Assembly: GCA_963793305.1 (NCBI GenBank)
Contig: CAWBZV010000005.1
Coordinates: 832,001-896,000 of the forward strand
Direction of reading: 5' to 3'
Length of the DNA stretch: 64,000 nucleotides
From: an uncultured Gemmatimonadales bacterium
GTDB lineage: Bacteria > Gemmatimonadota > Gemmatimonadetes > Gemmatimonadales > Gemmatimonadaceae
Part shown: positions 1 to 10,806 of the stretch, piece after piece
Numbering within the stretch: position 1 is the stretch's first letter
Layout: each line of letters starts with the position of its first letter
Made by a program: the position numbers and the translations under genes
The notes under the pieces: model-generated
Seen by the model: only the letters and a program-made list of their open reading frames with translations
What the model was told of the DNA's origin: nothing
Database searches by the model: none

Positions 1-27
1 CAGCCACGTCGACCAACGGCGCCGCGG

Positions 28-1431
28 TTAGTGCCAAGTAGGCGACATCACCGTGCCAGTATAGAAGAGCGGGATCACGAGGCCCGAGGTCGCGTTGACG
101 ATCGTGATCTTGCCCGTCGGTCCGCGCCCAATGACCCACTGACCGTCAGGCGACCAGTCGATCTGCGGGGCCCACCGCCCCGTGGCGATGGTCACCTGGC
201 CCGATCCGTCGCTGTGAACGGTGGCCAAGTTGGAATTGCCATCCACGTAGGCGATGACGTTCGACGTCGGCGACCACGCGGCGGACATAGCCACCACACC
301 GAGATCCGTCGCGGCGCCGGTCGAGAGCGTCAGCACCTTGAGCTCACCCGGAAAATTGTAGCTCGCGACGTAGGCGAGTTGTGTAGCATTGGACGAAGGG
401 CTCGGGTACTGCATCGATTCCGGCGACTGCATGAACACGAGCGAGTCGCGATTTCCGTTCGGATGCACGTGCCATAGCGGCGTCGGCGCCCAGCCCATCG
501 CGTAGTACACCCTGGTGCCATCTCGCGAATACGTCGGAAACGCGAGGCCGTTGCTCGAGCTGGCGAGCGTCGATACCTGACCGCCCAGCGTCAGCTTCGA
601 GATGACATACGGCGGCCCGGACAACGGTTGATCGTACACCAGCGCTGTACCGTCCGGAGACCACTTGACCTCGTTCACGTACGTGGTGATCTGCTCTGTG
701 TAGCGCGAGCCGTCCGCGTTGAACGTGAAAATCCCGGCCGCGTCGCCGGCGGCCGCGATCATTCCCTTCGGCACGCCGTAGACGATGGTAGTGTCTTGCA
801 AGGCGCCAACCGTCCCGCGGATCGCGATCGGGCCGTATCCCGTGACGCTCACCGTGGACCCCGAGAGCGTCCCCGGGCCGGAGAGCAGTGCGTATCTCAC
901 GGTATCCGCGGTTGGGTTCTGATAGGTGTCGAGGCCGGTGTTCTCGAGCGCGATCGCGTTCCCGACGTAGGCCGCCGTATCGAGCGGCAACGCTTCGAGC
1001 GTGACTGCGTGGCCCGCGTTGACGGTGAACTGCGCTGTGTCGGCGTACCCATATGCCGGGGCGGACACCGCGATCCGCCCAATACCGGTGGAGACGCCGA
1101 GGACGATCGTCATCCGGGCAACACCCGAGGCGTCCGTGGTTGCCGTCGCAGATGCTTGCCGATAGGTCGCTCCCGGCGGCAGCATGAAGGCTCGGTAGGC
1201 CGAACTGACAAACGGTATGGACGCGAACTGGACCTCCTGGTTCGCGACGGATTGTCCGGGGGACAGTCTGGAGAGCCTTACCACAAGTGGCTGCCCCAGT
1301 ACGGTCTCGATGGTGTCCGACTGGCGGTTGCCGGAGTCGAAACTCAACGGGGTTCGCCCAGGCGGAGCGGTCGAACCGCTACAGCCCAAGGCCGCGATGG
1401 CCACGGTACAAATGGTCAGGCGTATGTGCAT
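28..1431 (-). CDS. Lipoprotein with N-terminal Ig-like domains and C-terminal TolB/PD40-type beta-propeller
   Basis: Signal peptide with lipobox (AALGC); Ig-like ATTDASGVA segment; repeated WSPDG/WSPT PD40-like motifs. Confidence 0.75.
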   Translation of the reverse strand: MHIRLTICTVAIAALGCSGSTAPPGRTPLSFDSGNRQSDTIETVLGQPLVVRLSRLSPGQSVANQEVQFASIPFVSSAYRAFMLPPGATYRQASATATTDASGVARMTIVLGVSTGIGRIAVSAPAYGYADTAQFTVNAGHAVTLEALPLDTAAYVGNAIALENTGLDTYQNPTADTVRYALLSGPGTLSGSTVSVTGYGPIAIRGTVGALQDTTIVYGVPKGMIAAAGDAAGIFTFNADGSRYTEQITTYVNEVKWSPDGTALVYDQPLSGPPYVISKLTLGGQVSTLASSSNGLAFPTYSRDGTRVYYAMGWAPTPLWHVHPNGNRDSLVFMQSPESMQYPSPSSNATQLAYVASYNFPGELKVLTLSTGAATDLGVVAMSAAWSPTSNVIAYVDGNSNLATVHSDGSGQVTIATGRWAPQIDWSPDGQWVIGRGPTGKITIVNATSGLVIPLFYTGTVMSPTWH

Positions 1432-1648
1432 GGTTGCTAAACTACAGTAGTCTCGAACGACGGCAATGATCGCGCGCCGCTACGTGCGGTCCATGTTGAC
1501 GCCGCCCATCGAGGAATTGCAGCCTTCGGTGGACGGGATGCCGGGGTACGGCCTTACCGGAGGATCGCACCTGGCTCATCAAGCGTCGCCACGAAGCAGA
1601 CGCGGCGACATGCAGATCGATAATATATACCTCATTCCCGGAGCGGTC

Positions 1649-3334
1649 GTGCGCGGATCGTCAGCGTTGTTCGCATCGATACTGTCCGCCCAACTCAGTC
1701 TCGCCGCTGGAGCGGCGGCGCAGCAAGCGCTCGTCACGCTGGCGCCCTCGGCCGCGGCCGAACCGATGACCGGTCGGCTCTTCGTCATTTTCGCGCGTAC
1801 CGATGATCGCGAACCGCGCTTCCTTGCCGGCAGCTACACCGGCAGCGTGCCTTTCTACGGAATGGACGTGAGTGCATGGAAGCCCGGGACGACGATCCGT
1901 GTCGGGGCCAATGTGCTCGGCTTCCCGTTCGATAACCTCACGCAGATGCCGGCGGGCGACTACTACGTCCAGGCGTTGCTCAATGTCTATACCCAGTATC
2001 ATCGCGCGGATGGTCATAGTGTCTGGGTCCACGCCGATCAGTGGGAAGGGCAGCACTGGGCGGTATCGCCCGGAAACCTCGTGAGCGAGGTCGTGAAGGT
2101 TCACTTCGACCCGAAAGCGCGCACAGCGGTTCAACTGGTGTTGACGAAGAGACTGCCGCCGCTCGTGCCACCAGCCGACACGCGGTGGGTGAAACACGTC
2201 AAGATTCAAAGCGAACGCCTGTCGAAGTTCTGGGGGGCACCGGTGTACATCGGCGCGACTGTTCTCGTTCCCAGGGACTTCGACGATGCGTCCAGCCGTC
2301 GCTACCCCGCGGTGTACATCCAAGGGCACTTCGGACTCGCGGCCCCGTTCGGCTTCACCGAAACCGCAGATGGACGAGGCGCCGTAGGAGGCCGCCCGCG
2401 GGGCGTTGACACCGTGTGGGACGCGACACCAACGTCGGCGCGCGAGAGCGGCGACGAATTTGCGACGTCATGGATGCGCGACGACTTTCCGCGCTTCGTC
2501 GCGATCACATGGCAGCATCCGACGCCGTATTACGACGACTCGTACGCCGTGAACTCGGTCAACAATGGCCCCTATCAAGATGCGTTGTTACTCGAGCTTG
2601 TCCCCGAGCTCGAGCGTCGTTTCCATCTCATCCCGGAAGCGAATGCGCGGTTCCTGACGGGCGGATCGACCGGCGGCTGGGAGTGTGCGGCGCTGCAGAT
2701 TCAGCGTCCGGATTTCTTCGGCGGTGCGTGGTGCTTGTACCCCGATCCGGTCGACTTTCGGCGTAACCAAACGGTGAACATCTACGCCGACTCGAACGCC
2801 TTCTATCCCAATAACGCACAAGCGCCGGTGCCCGAACGGTCGATGAGTCGCACAACCGAAGGCCAGGATCTGCTCTCGTTTCGCTTCATGAGCCGCCTCG
2901 AAGCCGTCCTCGGAGACAAGGCGCGCAGTGGTCAACAATACGACGCATGGGACGCGGCGTATGGGCCTATCGACGCCGAGGGGTATCCGCGACGCCTGTG
3001 GGATCGACAGACAGGCGTGATTGACAAGGAGGTCGCGGCGTATTGGCGCGACCACGGGGACGATCTCACGTGGTACCTGCGACAGAATTGGCCTCGCGTC
3101 GGCCCGTTGGTCGCCGGCAAGCTCCATGTCTATGTCGGTGACATGGACAACTACTATTTGAATCTCGGCGTGTACCTCATGGAGCAGGAGACGGCAAAGC
3201 TCGACAATCCGAAGGCGGATTTTACGTTCGAGTACGGCCGGCCGATGAAGCCACACGGCTGGCAGCCGTTCACGAACGCGCAGCTGATACGGATGATGGA
3301 CGCGTTTCGACAAACTCGAACGACAACTCAGTGA
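1649..3334 (+). CDS. Secreted putative esterase (alpha/beta-hydrolase fold)
   Basis: GGSTGG nucleophile elbow; GDMDNY and C-terminal HGW; GTG start at 1649 after GGAG; paralog at 60865. Confidence 0.75.
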   Translation: MRGSSALFASILSAQLSLAAGAAAQQALVTLAPSAAAEPMTGRLFVIFARTDDREPRFLAGSYTGSVPFYGMDVSAWKPGTTIRVGANVLGFPFDNLTQMPAGDYYVQALLNVYTQYHRADGHSVWVHADQWEGQHWAVSPGNLVSEVVKVHFDPKARTAVQLVLTKRLPPLVPPADTRWVKHVKIQSERLSKFWGAPVYIGATVLVPRDFDDASSRRYPAVYIQGHFGLAAPFGFTETADGRGAVGGRPRGVDTVWDATPTSARESGDEFATSWMRDDFPRFVAITWQHPTPYYDDSYAVNSVNNGPYQDALLLELVPELERRFHLIPEANARFLTGGSTGGWECAALQIQRPDFFGGAWCLYPDPVDFRRNQTVNIYADSNAFYPNNAQAPVPERSMSRTTEGQDLLSFRFMSRLEAVLGDKARSGQQYDAWDAAYGPIDAEGYPRRLWDRQTGVIDKEVAAYWRDHGDDLTWYLRQNWPRVGPLVAGKLHVYVGDMDNYYLNLGVYLMEQETAKLDNPKADFTFEYGRPMKPHGWQPFTNAQLIRMMDAFRQTRTTTQ

Positions 3335-3342
3335 CGACCGGG

Positions 3343-3378
3343 GACGATGCGGACTCGCTATTGGCGATCCGCATCGTC
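3343..3378. terminator. Stem-loop after the esterase gene (putative terminator)
   Basis: GACGATGCGGA (3343-3353) pairs with TCCGCATCGTC (3368-3378), with an inner TCGC/GCGA stem; no clear U-tract. Confidence 0.45.
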
Positions 3379-3497
3379 GTTACGGGTGCGGCATCACCCA
3401 CAGCGTCGGCGGCGCGCGAAATTCGTATCCCTGCGGCGCGGACAGCCGCTCCGGATCCACCCGGTATGTCTACGACTTCGACGTTACCTTTTGGCCG

Positions 3498-4145
3498 ATG
3501 ACCACATTGCGGCACGCGTATCACCTCGCGGACGCGGAGAATTGGCCGCTGATCCAGCGGGATGGCCTCCTCAGCACGAACGCGCTCATTGCGCGCGATG
3601 AGCTTCGTGGGAAGAGCGCCGAGCCGTATCGCTCGTACCGAAGCGAGCGCATGCAATTGCCATCGGGCGCGTGGATCCGGGACCAGCGCCCCATGCCGCC
3701 CGCCGCGCTCGCCCGCTGCTTGGATGCAGATCTCGACCCCGATGCCTGGTATGCGCTCGTCAATGCCAAGGTGTTCTTCTGGCTATCGGTCGCCCGTCTC
3801 GACCGGCATCGCGCCGCTTGCGGTCGTCGTCCGCAGGGCATCCTCGTCATCGATGTGCCCGCGTTGTTGGCGCGCCACGGCGCTCGGACATCGGTGACGC
3901 CGTTCAACGTCGGCAACGCCATGCGCCGCGCCGCCTCGCGCGGCAAGCGCACGTTCGTCCCGATAGAGGAGTGGCGCGCCACGGGGTGGTTGGCGGAACG
4001 GCGTGCGGGCGAGCCGATGCGCCCGCGGAGTCACGCGCCGGCGGAGCTCGCGATCGAGTACGGCGTGCCGGATATCATGGACTTCGTCGTGAGCTGCACG
4101 ACGAGCCGCGTAAAGCCGCGCGCGGTGTCTCGGGCATGGCAGTGA
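3498..4145 (+). CDS. DUF7002-like / DarT-like ADP-ribosyltransferase-fold protein
   Basis: N-terminal YHLADAENWPLIQRDGLLS resembles DarT YHxTxxxNLxxIxxxGLLS; C-terminal PAELAI resembles the catalytic-Glu strand. Confidence 0.55.
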   Translation: MTTLRHAYHLADAENWPLIQRDGLLSTNALIARDELRGKSAEPYRSYRSERMQLPSGAWIRDQRPMPPAALARCLDADLDPDAWYALVNAKVFFWLSVARLDRHRAACGRRPQGILVIDVPALLARHGARTSVTPFNVGNAMRRAASRGKRTFVPIEEWRATGWLAERRAGEPMRPRSHAPAELAIEYGVPDIMDFVVSCTTSRVKPRAVSRAWQ

Positions 4146-4250
4146 CCCAACTCTTCACGGCACTTCGCGTTCACCACCCCACGCATGCAGTCGGCTACGT
4201 GGGACCCGACGACCAATGTGTTGTCGTGGTCGACCCTCCTCCGCTCCACG

Positions 4251-4742
4251 TCACGAGCCGAGGTGCCAAAAGGGGTTGATCCAACGTCCGTCGCGCAGCA
4301 CGAATATCTCGGTCGAGTGGCCACCGTGCGTCTCGTGGGATCCGTGCATCGTCGTCTCGACGTGGTACGTCGAATAGACGACAGCGACATCGCCCATCAT
4401 TTGGATTTCCGTGGTGGGAAACTCCAGCGCGCTGAGCGCGCCGCCCGCCGATGCGAAACGGGCTGCGTCGGAGAGGATCTGCGTACGATCGGTCCAGCGC
4501 TGGCTGGCCCCGTCTTCCTGGCCCGCGGCCACGGACTCGGGCAAGAGCAGGCGAAGTTGCGCGGTATCGTTCGCGAACCAGGCGCGCCAGATCGCGTCCC
4601 GCGCGGTCAGGATCGCGCCTGCCGTCGCGGAATCCGGCGTCGTGCTCAGCGAAGCGGCGGGGCTCGTTCGCTTCGTACAGCCGACGACCGCTAGTATCGC
4701 GAGGTACTTGATGGCATGGCGCGTTGTCACTCGGCGCATCAT
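4251..4742 (-). CDS. NTF2-like/DUF4440 lipoprotein
   Basis: Lipobox-like VVGC; GDVAVVYSTY and TEIFVLRDGRWINPFWH are typical of SnoaL/DUF4440 proteins. Confidence 0.7.
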   Translation of the reverse strand: MMRRVTTRHAIKYLAILAVVGCTKRTSPAASLSTTPDSATAGAILTARDAIWRAWFANDTAQLRLLLPESVAAGQEDGASQRWTDRTQILSDAARFASAGGALSALEFPTTEIQMMGDVAVVYSTYHVETTMHGSHETHGGHSTEIFVLRDGRWINPFWHLGS

Positions 4743-4888
4743 GCGGTTCCGAGCCGTTGCAGGCAAGCGCAATTCAGCCAGCGGTCGGCCACGCGCAGCA
4801 GACGGTCAGGTACGCGCGATAGGACGAACCAACCTCGCATACCGTGGGATACGAGTCCCATGAGTGATACTCTTGGGCTCCGGATGCC

Positions 4889-6122
4889 TCACGGTATCTC
4901 GATCGGCGCCGTCCACCGAAATGGCCCCCACGCCATCATGAGCCCACCGCGAACCCTGCTGTTCGAGACGATAGAAATTGTGAACTCCTCGACCGGTGTC
5001 GCGAGCGTGTCCACCATCATGGGCGCTTTGCCCAGGTCCTTCGAGCCATCGTACTCGGTGCCCCACTGCCCGGTTTCTCGATTGACAATCAAGTCGGCGC
5101 CGTTCGCGCGCGGAACGGTCCACAACGTGTACATCCCGGCAGGCACCCGTATGCCCGCGAGTGTGAGAGGCGCCGATGTCGTGAACTGCGTGGCCGCGTT
5201 GGCCCCCGTACGCCACACACGGTCATAGGGAAGGATGTTTCCCAACAACGCGCGACCGCGTACGAGGGGACGGCCATAGTCGATGACGAAGGTCGCATCG
5301 CCGATGCGAGCGCGCAGGGTGTCCCGCACGCTCAGCGCCCTCACTCCGCTCTTCGCCTCGGCCGCCTCGAACCGCTCGGCGGCAGCCGGGACGTTCAGGC
5401 GGCGTCGTGAGTCGGCTCACGTCTACCTTATACGTCGTCCGGGCGCCCGAGTAACTGAGCATGTGGTCGGCTGAGTCGAAGGTCGCCTCTCCGGTCCCGG
5501 CCAGCCAATCGTGCTCGATCTCCGCCCTCCCGCCCGGGAGCAGTCGCACCACGCCATGACCCAGCGGGAACCGGTCGAACTCCCGGTCGATGTAAAACTG
5601 CCGCATCGGTTCCGTGTCACCGGACGCTCGCTTCGACAATCCGGCGCGCTTCAATGCCGCGGCGAAATACAGCTCATACAGGCTGTACATTTGCGGGAGG
5701 TGCCCCATGGCCGTGCCGCCGTCTGTGGCGAACGCGCGCTGTATCGTACCCGTTGCATCCTTCTTCGAGAGGTGCACGGAATCCCGTGTCACGTCGACGA
5801 CAACTTGACGGTGTCGTTGCTTCGCCGGCTCGCTCGGCGTGTCAATCTGCATGACGAGATGCCGGATGCTGCCGTCAGGCCCGAGCTCGATCTGAGTGTG
5901 CCGCACGCGCACTGGCGGGAACCGGTCGACCTCATCGCTGATCTCCGTGTTGCCGCTGCGCGTGACGCTCTCGATGGAGAGGGTATCGTCGCCGAGGCGC
6001 GCGATGAAACCGTAGCGTTCAGCGGGCGGGGCGGTGCTGCAAGCAACGATCAGTAGCGTGGCAACAGCAACGCAGCGCGCGGCCAGGCGTCCGCCCGCTT
6101 CCAGTGGATTGGGTTCGCTCAT
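4889..6122 (-). CDS. DUF2911 domain protein (one +1 frameshift near 5396, probable sequencing error)
   Basis: C-terminal IDYGRP..RGR..WRTGANAAT DUF2911 motif; removing one A in CCTGAACGTC joins ORFs 5223..6317 and 4889..5344. Confidence 0.75.
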
Positions 6123-6241
6123 ACCGGACGTTAGATTCGGCCACCGGTCCAGTATTGGAGAAATCGGACCTCGAGAACGAGATAGGGTCATGGCACCGGG
6201 GCGCCCATGCCCGGTCTTCGCGACGATACGAGGAACCCATC

Positions 6242-7099
6242 GTGCGCATTCTCCGGTCTGCCTTCGCGTGCGGCGCAATCGCCCTGATCGCATGTCGCGA
6301 CCCGCGTCCCACCGCAACCCTCGAGCTGCCGCTCGACTTCAGCCGACTCGACCAAATACGATCCATTCCAGGGCCACCGTGGGATAGCGTCGACACGCCG
6401 CACCTGCGGCTATATACCGAACCCGGGGGGTACGCGGCGCGACACCTCGCCGCGCTCTAGCGGCGCGCCGAGCACGCGTGGACCGACGACCTGGCATTGC
6501 TCCACGCATCCGGGTACGGACCGCGCATTCACATCTTCTATTTCGAGTCCCAGGCGCGACTCGACTCCGTGTTCGGCGTCCCGGGGGATGGCCAGGCGTA
6601 TCCGGAGGCGTTGCTCGTGATGGTCACCGCGAACGCGCACGGCTTGGAGATACCCAGCGATCGACACGAGATGATGCACGTCCTGTCGATCACGATGTGG
6701 GGCTGGGGCGCACCGAACGAGCGGTGGCGGCACGAGGGGCTCGGGAACCTGGCCTCGGCCCCGGACTGGCCGTACGGCATTGACCAGATGGCGGCCCAAG
6801 CGCGACGCGATGGCGACACGCGCGGTCCGGCGGAGTTGTCGGGAGCAGGGTTTTCGGCCGGCGATTCGGTGGAGAAGTTCCGGGCGTACATGCTCTCGAG
6901 CTCGTTCGTCGGGTACCTCATCCGCGCGAACGGCATCGAGAGCTTTCGACAGCTATGGCAGCAGGGACTGCCGGCCGCGCCGACGATCTACGGCGCCGAC
7001 ATCCCCACGTTGACGGCACGGTGGAACGACTATTTGCGCACCGTCTCGCTGCCGGCCGGCGGCATCGACCTCGCCCACGTCCAACAGGGAACGCGGTAG
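6242..7099 (+). pseudogene. Gluzincin (peptidase MA-like) lipoprotein interrupted by an in-frame TAG at 6458-6460
   Basis: ORFs 6104..6460 and 6497..7099 share a frame; GAGGA then GTG at 6242; lipobox LIAC; HEMMH plus downstream EGL zinc motif. Confidence 0.6.
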
Positions 7100-7129
7100 A
7101 ATACTGACGTGCTATTTCGGAGAGACTCC

Positions 7130-7546
7130 ATGCTGGCAACCGTGTTGATTGCGTTCTCTCTCGGTGTCGTCGCTGGGCTGCGGTCGATGATGGCGCCGGC
7201 CGCTGTGCTGCTCGCCCGCCACGTCCGGGTCGCCGGAATCGTCGTCGCCATCCTGGCGGCCGGCGAGCTGATTGTCGATCTGTTGCCGACAACCCCATCG
7301 CGGACCGCGCCCGTGCCTCTGGTGGCCCGCATCGTGAGCGGCGCCTTTTGCGGTTGGGTTGTCGCCGCCGGATCGCCGGTCGTACGCATCGCGGGCGTGC
7401 TCGCCGGTGTCGCCGGCGCACTCGTTGGCACCTACGGCGGTCACGCCGCGCGCGTACGCGCGATCAAACAACTGGGCGCGATCCCGGCGGCGCTCGCGGA
7501 GGACGTCTTCGCGGTCGCTCTCGCGCTCTTCGCTGTTACGCGTTAG
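7130..7546 (+). CDS. DUF4126-like small membrane protein
   Basis: GVVAGLRSMMAPA, GELIVDLLPTTPSRT and ALAEDV motifs; hydrophobic throughout. Confidence 0.65.
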   Translation: MLATVLIAFSLGVVAGLRSMMAPAAVLLARHVRVAGIVVAILAAGELIVDLLPTTPSRTAPVPLVARIVSGAFCGWVVAAGSPVVRIAGVLAGVAGALVGTYGGHAARVRAIKQLGAIPAALAEDVFAVALALFAVTR

Positions 7547-7676
7547 GCACGAGTCTGGGCACCAAGCTGCGTAGGCGGTCGCACATCGCTGCAGCCTGCA
7601 CACTGGCGATCGTGTCCGCCGGCGCGTGCGCGCTTATCCACGCCCTGGCGGTCGTCGGCTCGAGCTCTCGGGTTCG

Positions 7677-8141
7677 CTACCGTCGAGCCGGCGTCGTCTC
7701 GGTGAACACTACGGGATGCGTGTCATCGCGCGGTACACGCACGACACGTATGGGATCGGAGAAGCTGTCTGTGAGTCCCTCCTCCGGATTCCAGCCGCGG
7801 TGATACCGTACCACGAGGTTGCCATCGGCCAGAGTGACGCTGTCGATCTCGACGGTCTCGCCGTCGGTTCGGGGGCCGCAGCCGACAGCGATGATCATCT
7901 CACGGCTGAAATCAATCGGCGGCGCCGGTGTGCGGGCAACCGGTTCTACCGGATGCGTCGTCAGACGATACCAGAAATCCGACCACGCCATGGGATCACG
8001 TATCACAACCTGCGCCCTTCCGTGCAGTTGCTGCGAATAGCGGAAATACCCCAGGATCTCTGGGCCTAGCCAAAGCTCGACAGGGACGGATCGGTCAGCG
8101 TTATCCTGCGGTGAGTCTTTCACAAGTAGGTGAGCCACCAA
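7677..8141 (-). CDS. PrcB C-terminal-like domain protein
   Basis: PPIDFSREMIIAVGCGPRTDGETVEIDSV resembles the PrcB_C motif (IDF....G.RPTGGY.V.I); start uncertain. Confidence 0.5.
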   Translation of the reverse strand: MVAHLLVKDSPQDNADRSVPVELWLGPEILGYFRYSQQLHGRAQVVIRDPMAWSDFWYRLTTHPVEPVARTPAPPIDFSREMIIAVGCGPRTDGETVEIDSVTLADGNLVVRYHRGWNPEEGLTDSFSDPIRVVRVPRDDTHPVVFTETTPARR

Positions 8142-9326
8142 TCATGCCGGCGCTGCTTGAGTCTCGCAAACCAAAGGCAAACCGGGTAGAGAAGCAGGAG
8201 CACCACCACCCAAACCACGTACACCACCCACAGCGGGTACCCATAGTCAGCCGGAAAAAGATCGCTCGGACTTCCCATCGAAGGCGGCGCAATCAGCAGG
8301 AATGGCTGTGCGCCGTAGCGCACGAAGTTCATCACGATGGCGATCAGATGCGCCAGCAGCATATGCGCCCCGTAGTAGAAGAACGGGACGCGCCCGAAAA
8401 CGATCAGCGGATTGGTGAACCGAAAGTCAAATCGCTCCAGCCACGCCAACGCGACAAACGCCGGACCGAGTGTCATCAACAAGAAGTCGAGTGACGGCGG
8501 ATACTTGGTGACATTGAGAAACGAGAGCAGCGTGAAAACCGGCGATGCTTGATGACTCCACGGGGCGGGATCGCCGTAGCCATTCACGGCGCGCACCACA
8601 ACGAACGCCGCGGTCAGTGCCAACCCCACACGCGTAAGAAAACGGCGCCGCCGATCAGCTTCCCAACCAAACACCGGACCCAGGCAATACCCGAGCGCCA
8701 TCACGCCTATCCATGGTAGCACGGGATACGCGGGCCTGAACTTGATGCCACCGACGGTGATCACCCCTCGGTCATAGAGCATGTTCCAAACCCACGCCGC
8801 CGGCCCGAAGCTCTCGGCCGACACATTGAAGAGCAAATTGTGCAAGCAGAATGATCGCTATGCTGAGCCCCAACAGCACGGGCATCGGCAGATAGATCAG
8901 CCCAGCGAGCGCGATCATGGACATCCCGATTGCCCACAGGATGATCAGGAGCACCGGATGTGCCGTCGGGCTGACCCACGAGAACATGATGACGCGAAGC
9001 ACCGTCGCCTCAATCGCGATCAGCCAGAGACCACGAGTCACCAGCAGCCGCGACAGCTCCCTCTTCGAATGCTGCCCTCGGGTCATCCAGAGATACGCAC
9101 CCAGGCCAGCCGTGAGCACGAACACCGGCGCGCAGAAATGCGTGATCCATCGCGTGAAAAAGATCGCCGGCGTCGTGCGCGCCAGATCTGTCGGTTGGAA
9201 CTGCTGCGCACTTTGCGCCACGTAGTCGCGAATGTGATCAATCGCCATCACCATCATGATCGCGCCCCGGAGCGCATCCACCGACTGAATGCGAGGCGCT
9301 GGTGTAGTCCGCGTGGGAATCGTCAT
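8120..9326 (-). CDS. DUF1624 / HGSNAT-like membrane acyltransferase (one +1 frameshift near 8845)
   Basis: RIQSVDALRG..MAIDH, FFTRWITHFCAP and NVTKYPPSL motifs across two adjacent frames. Confidence 0.85.
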
Positions 9327-10789
9327 GACTGGCGCCAGATGTCGAGCACGCCGCTGGCTGCGTGATCGTTCGCGTTACCCTCGGGAAGCGCGATCTTCCC
9401 GTCGACAACGATCGGGCTGTTCCAGTGGCCTCTTCCGCAGCCAAGAGACGCGACCACCGTGCCCGTCGTAGGCTGATAGACGTGCAGCACGCCGCCCGGA
9501 TCGTACACGAAGAGCAGGCTACCGGCGATGACTGGGCTCGTCCCTGCGGTGCCATTGCGCCACGCCAATGACAGCCGATCGCCGCTCACGGTCCACGCCG
9601 CGGTGCCACCGCCATCCGCCGCGAAGAGCCACGTCCCGGTTGGCATCCGCCACACGGCTGGAGCCGTGAACAGGTCGTTGCTCGACGGCGTCGAGAGGAT
9701 CTGCGCCTCGCCGCCAATGTGAGGCGCCGCGCCACTGATGGCGGCGGCGGTGAGAATGCGGATGATGCTGTCCTTCCCGCCCTGCACCACCGCTCCGTCA
9801 CCGAGCAGCGCCGGTGATGTCGACCCGAGATCCACATCGTTCGCATCCAGCGCGTTGGTATTGGTCGGGGTATAGTTGCCGAGCAGTTGCGTCGCGGCGG
9901 AGTCGAGCTCGAGCGTCGCATCGCCCCAGTTCGTGTTGCCGTCCCAGAGACCATTGCCCGTCGCCACGTAGATGTCCCCCGTCGTCGAATCGACCGCCGC
10001 GCCCGCCCGCCCCCAAATGCCGGATCCACTCTGCGGACACTGGCTCGGCTGCATCAGGGCGTGCTGATCGCTACACAGAGAATTCCAGACGTGGACGAGC
10101 CGGCCACTGGCGGCATCGAGGATCGCGACATGACCCTGATAGGGTGGCGCGTCGCCGACATACCCATCGGTGACCGCGATCACGCGGCCGGCGAAGTAAT
10201 TCAACGCCGAGGCGATCTTCTCGCTCTGAGCGGACATCGTGACGGCCGTGCTCCAGACGGGATTTCCGTTCGCGACGGCGAGCTTCTGCACGTGGCCGTC
10301 GGGTGACGCGGCGTAGAGGAACTGACGATCGGGATCCGCCACCGGCGTCGCGTTGGTAATTTGCGCGGTGCCGAGCCAAGATGCATATCCCGGCGGCGTA
10401 TACGTCCAGAGTATCACGCCGGTGTTCGCGTTCACGGCGATCGTCTTGCCGTACGTTGTCGTCACGAAGAACGCGTCATGCGGCGCGCCGTTGACCTGGA
10501 CGTCGCTCAGGTAGATTGCCGACGCGTCCACCGTGCCATCCAGCGTGACCCGAAGGAGGCACATGGCGCTCAGCTGCGCCGCGGTGACCCCGGTCGGCGC
10601 GGTGGATGCGCCCGACCGACCCGCGTCCCAGTTGAAGCGCGTCCAGTCATGGCCCGGCGCCACGACGTTAGATCCGTTCGAGCACGCGGGCGCCAAGGCA
10701 ATGGTGGACGCGGTGGTGGATGTCGGTCTTCCACACACCAGCGCCGGCAGGCCAATGACGGCGGCGGCGACACCCCGCCAACGGTGCAC
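9323..10789 (-). CDS. PQQ-binding-like beta-propeller protein
   Basis: TG..LW repeats, IWGRAG, YVATGNG, DVDLGS; start approximate. Confidence 0.7.
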   Translation of the reverse strand: MHRWRGVAAAVIGLPALVCGRPTSTTASTIALAPACSNGSNVVAPGHDWTRFNWDAGRSGASTAPTGVTAAQLSAMCLLRVTLDGTVDASAIYLSDVQVNGAPHDAFFVTTTYGKTIAVNANTGVILWTYTPPGYASWLGTAQITNATPVADPDRQFLYAASPDGHVQKLAVANGNPVWSTAVTMSAQSEKIASALNYFAGRVIAVTDGYVGDAPPYQGHVAILDAASGRLVHVWNSLCSDQHALMQPSQCPQSGSGIWGRAGAAVDSTTGDIYVATGNGLWDGNTNWGDATLELDSAATQLLGNYTPTNTNALDANDVDLGSTSPALLGDGAVVQGGKDSIIRILTAAAISGAAPHIGGEAQILSTPSSNDLFTAPAVWRMPTGTWLFAADGGGTAAWTVSGDRLSLAWRNGTAGTSPVIAGSLLFVYDPGGVLHVYQPTTGTVVASLGCGRGHWNSPIVVDGKIALPEGNANDHAASGVLDIWRQS

Positions 10790-10806
10790 GAATGCCGTAC
10801 TCAACG

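Noticed and set aside
6458..6460. Amber recoding (pyrrolysine or alternative genetic code)
   Set aside because: TAG terminates well-conserved genes such as groEL at the expected position; no pyl genes seen.
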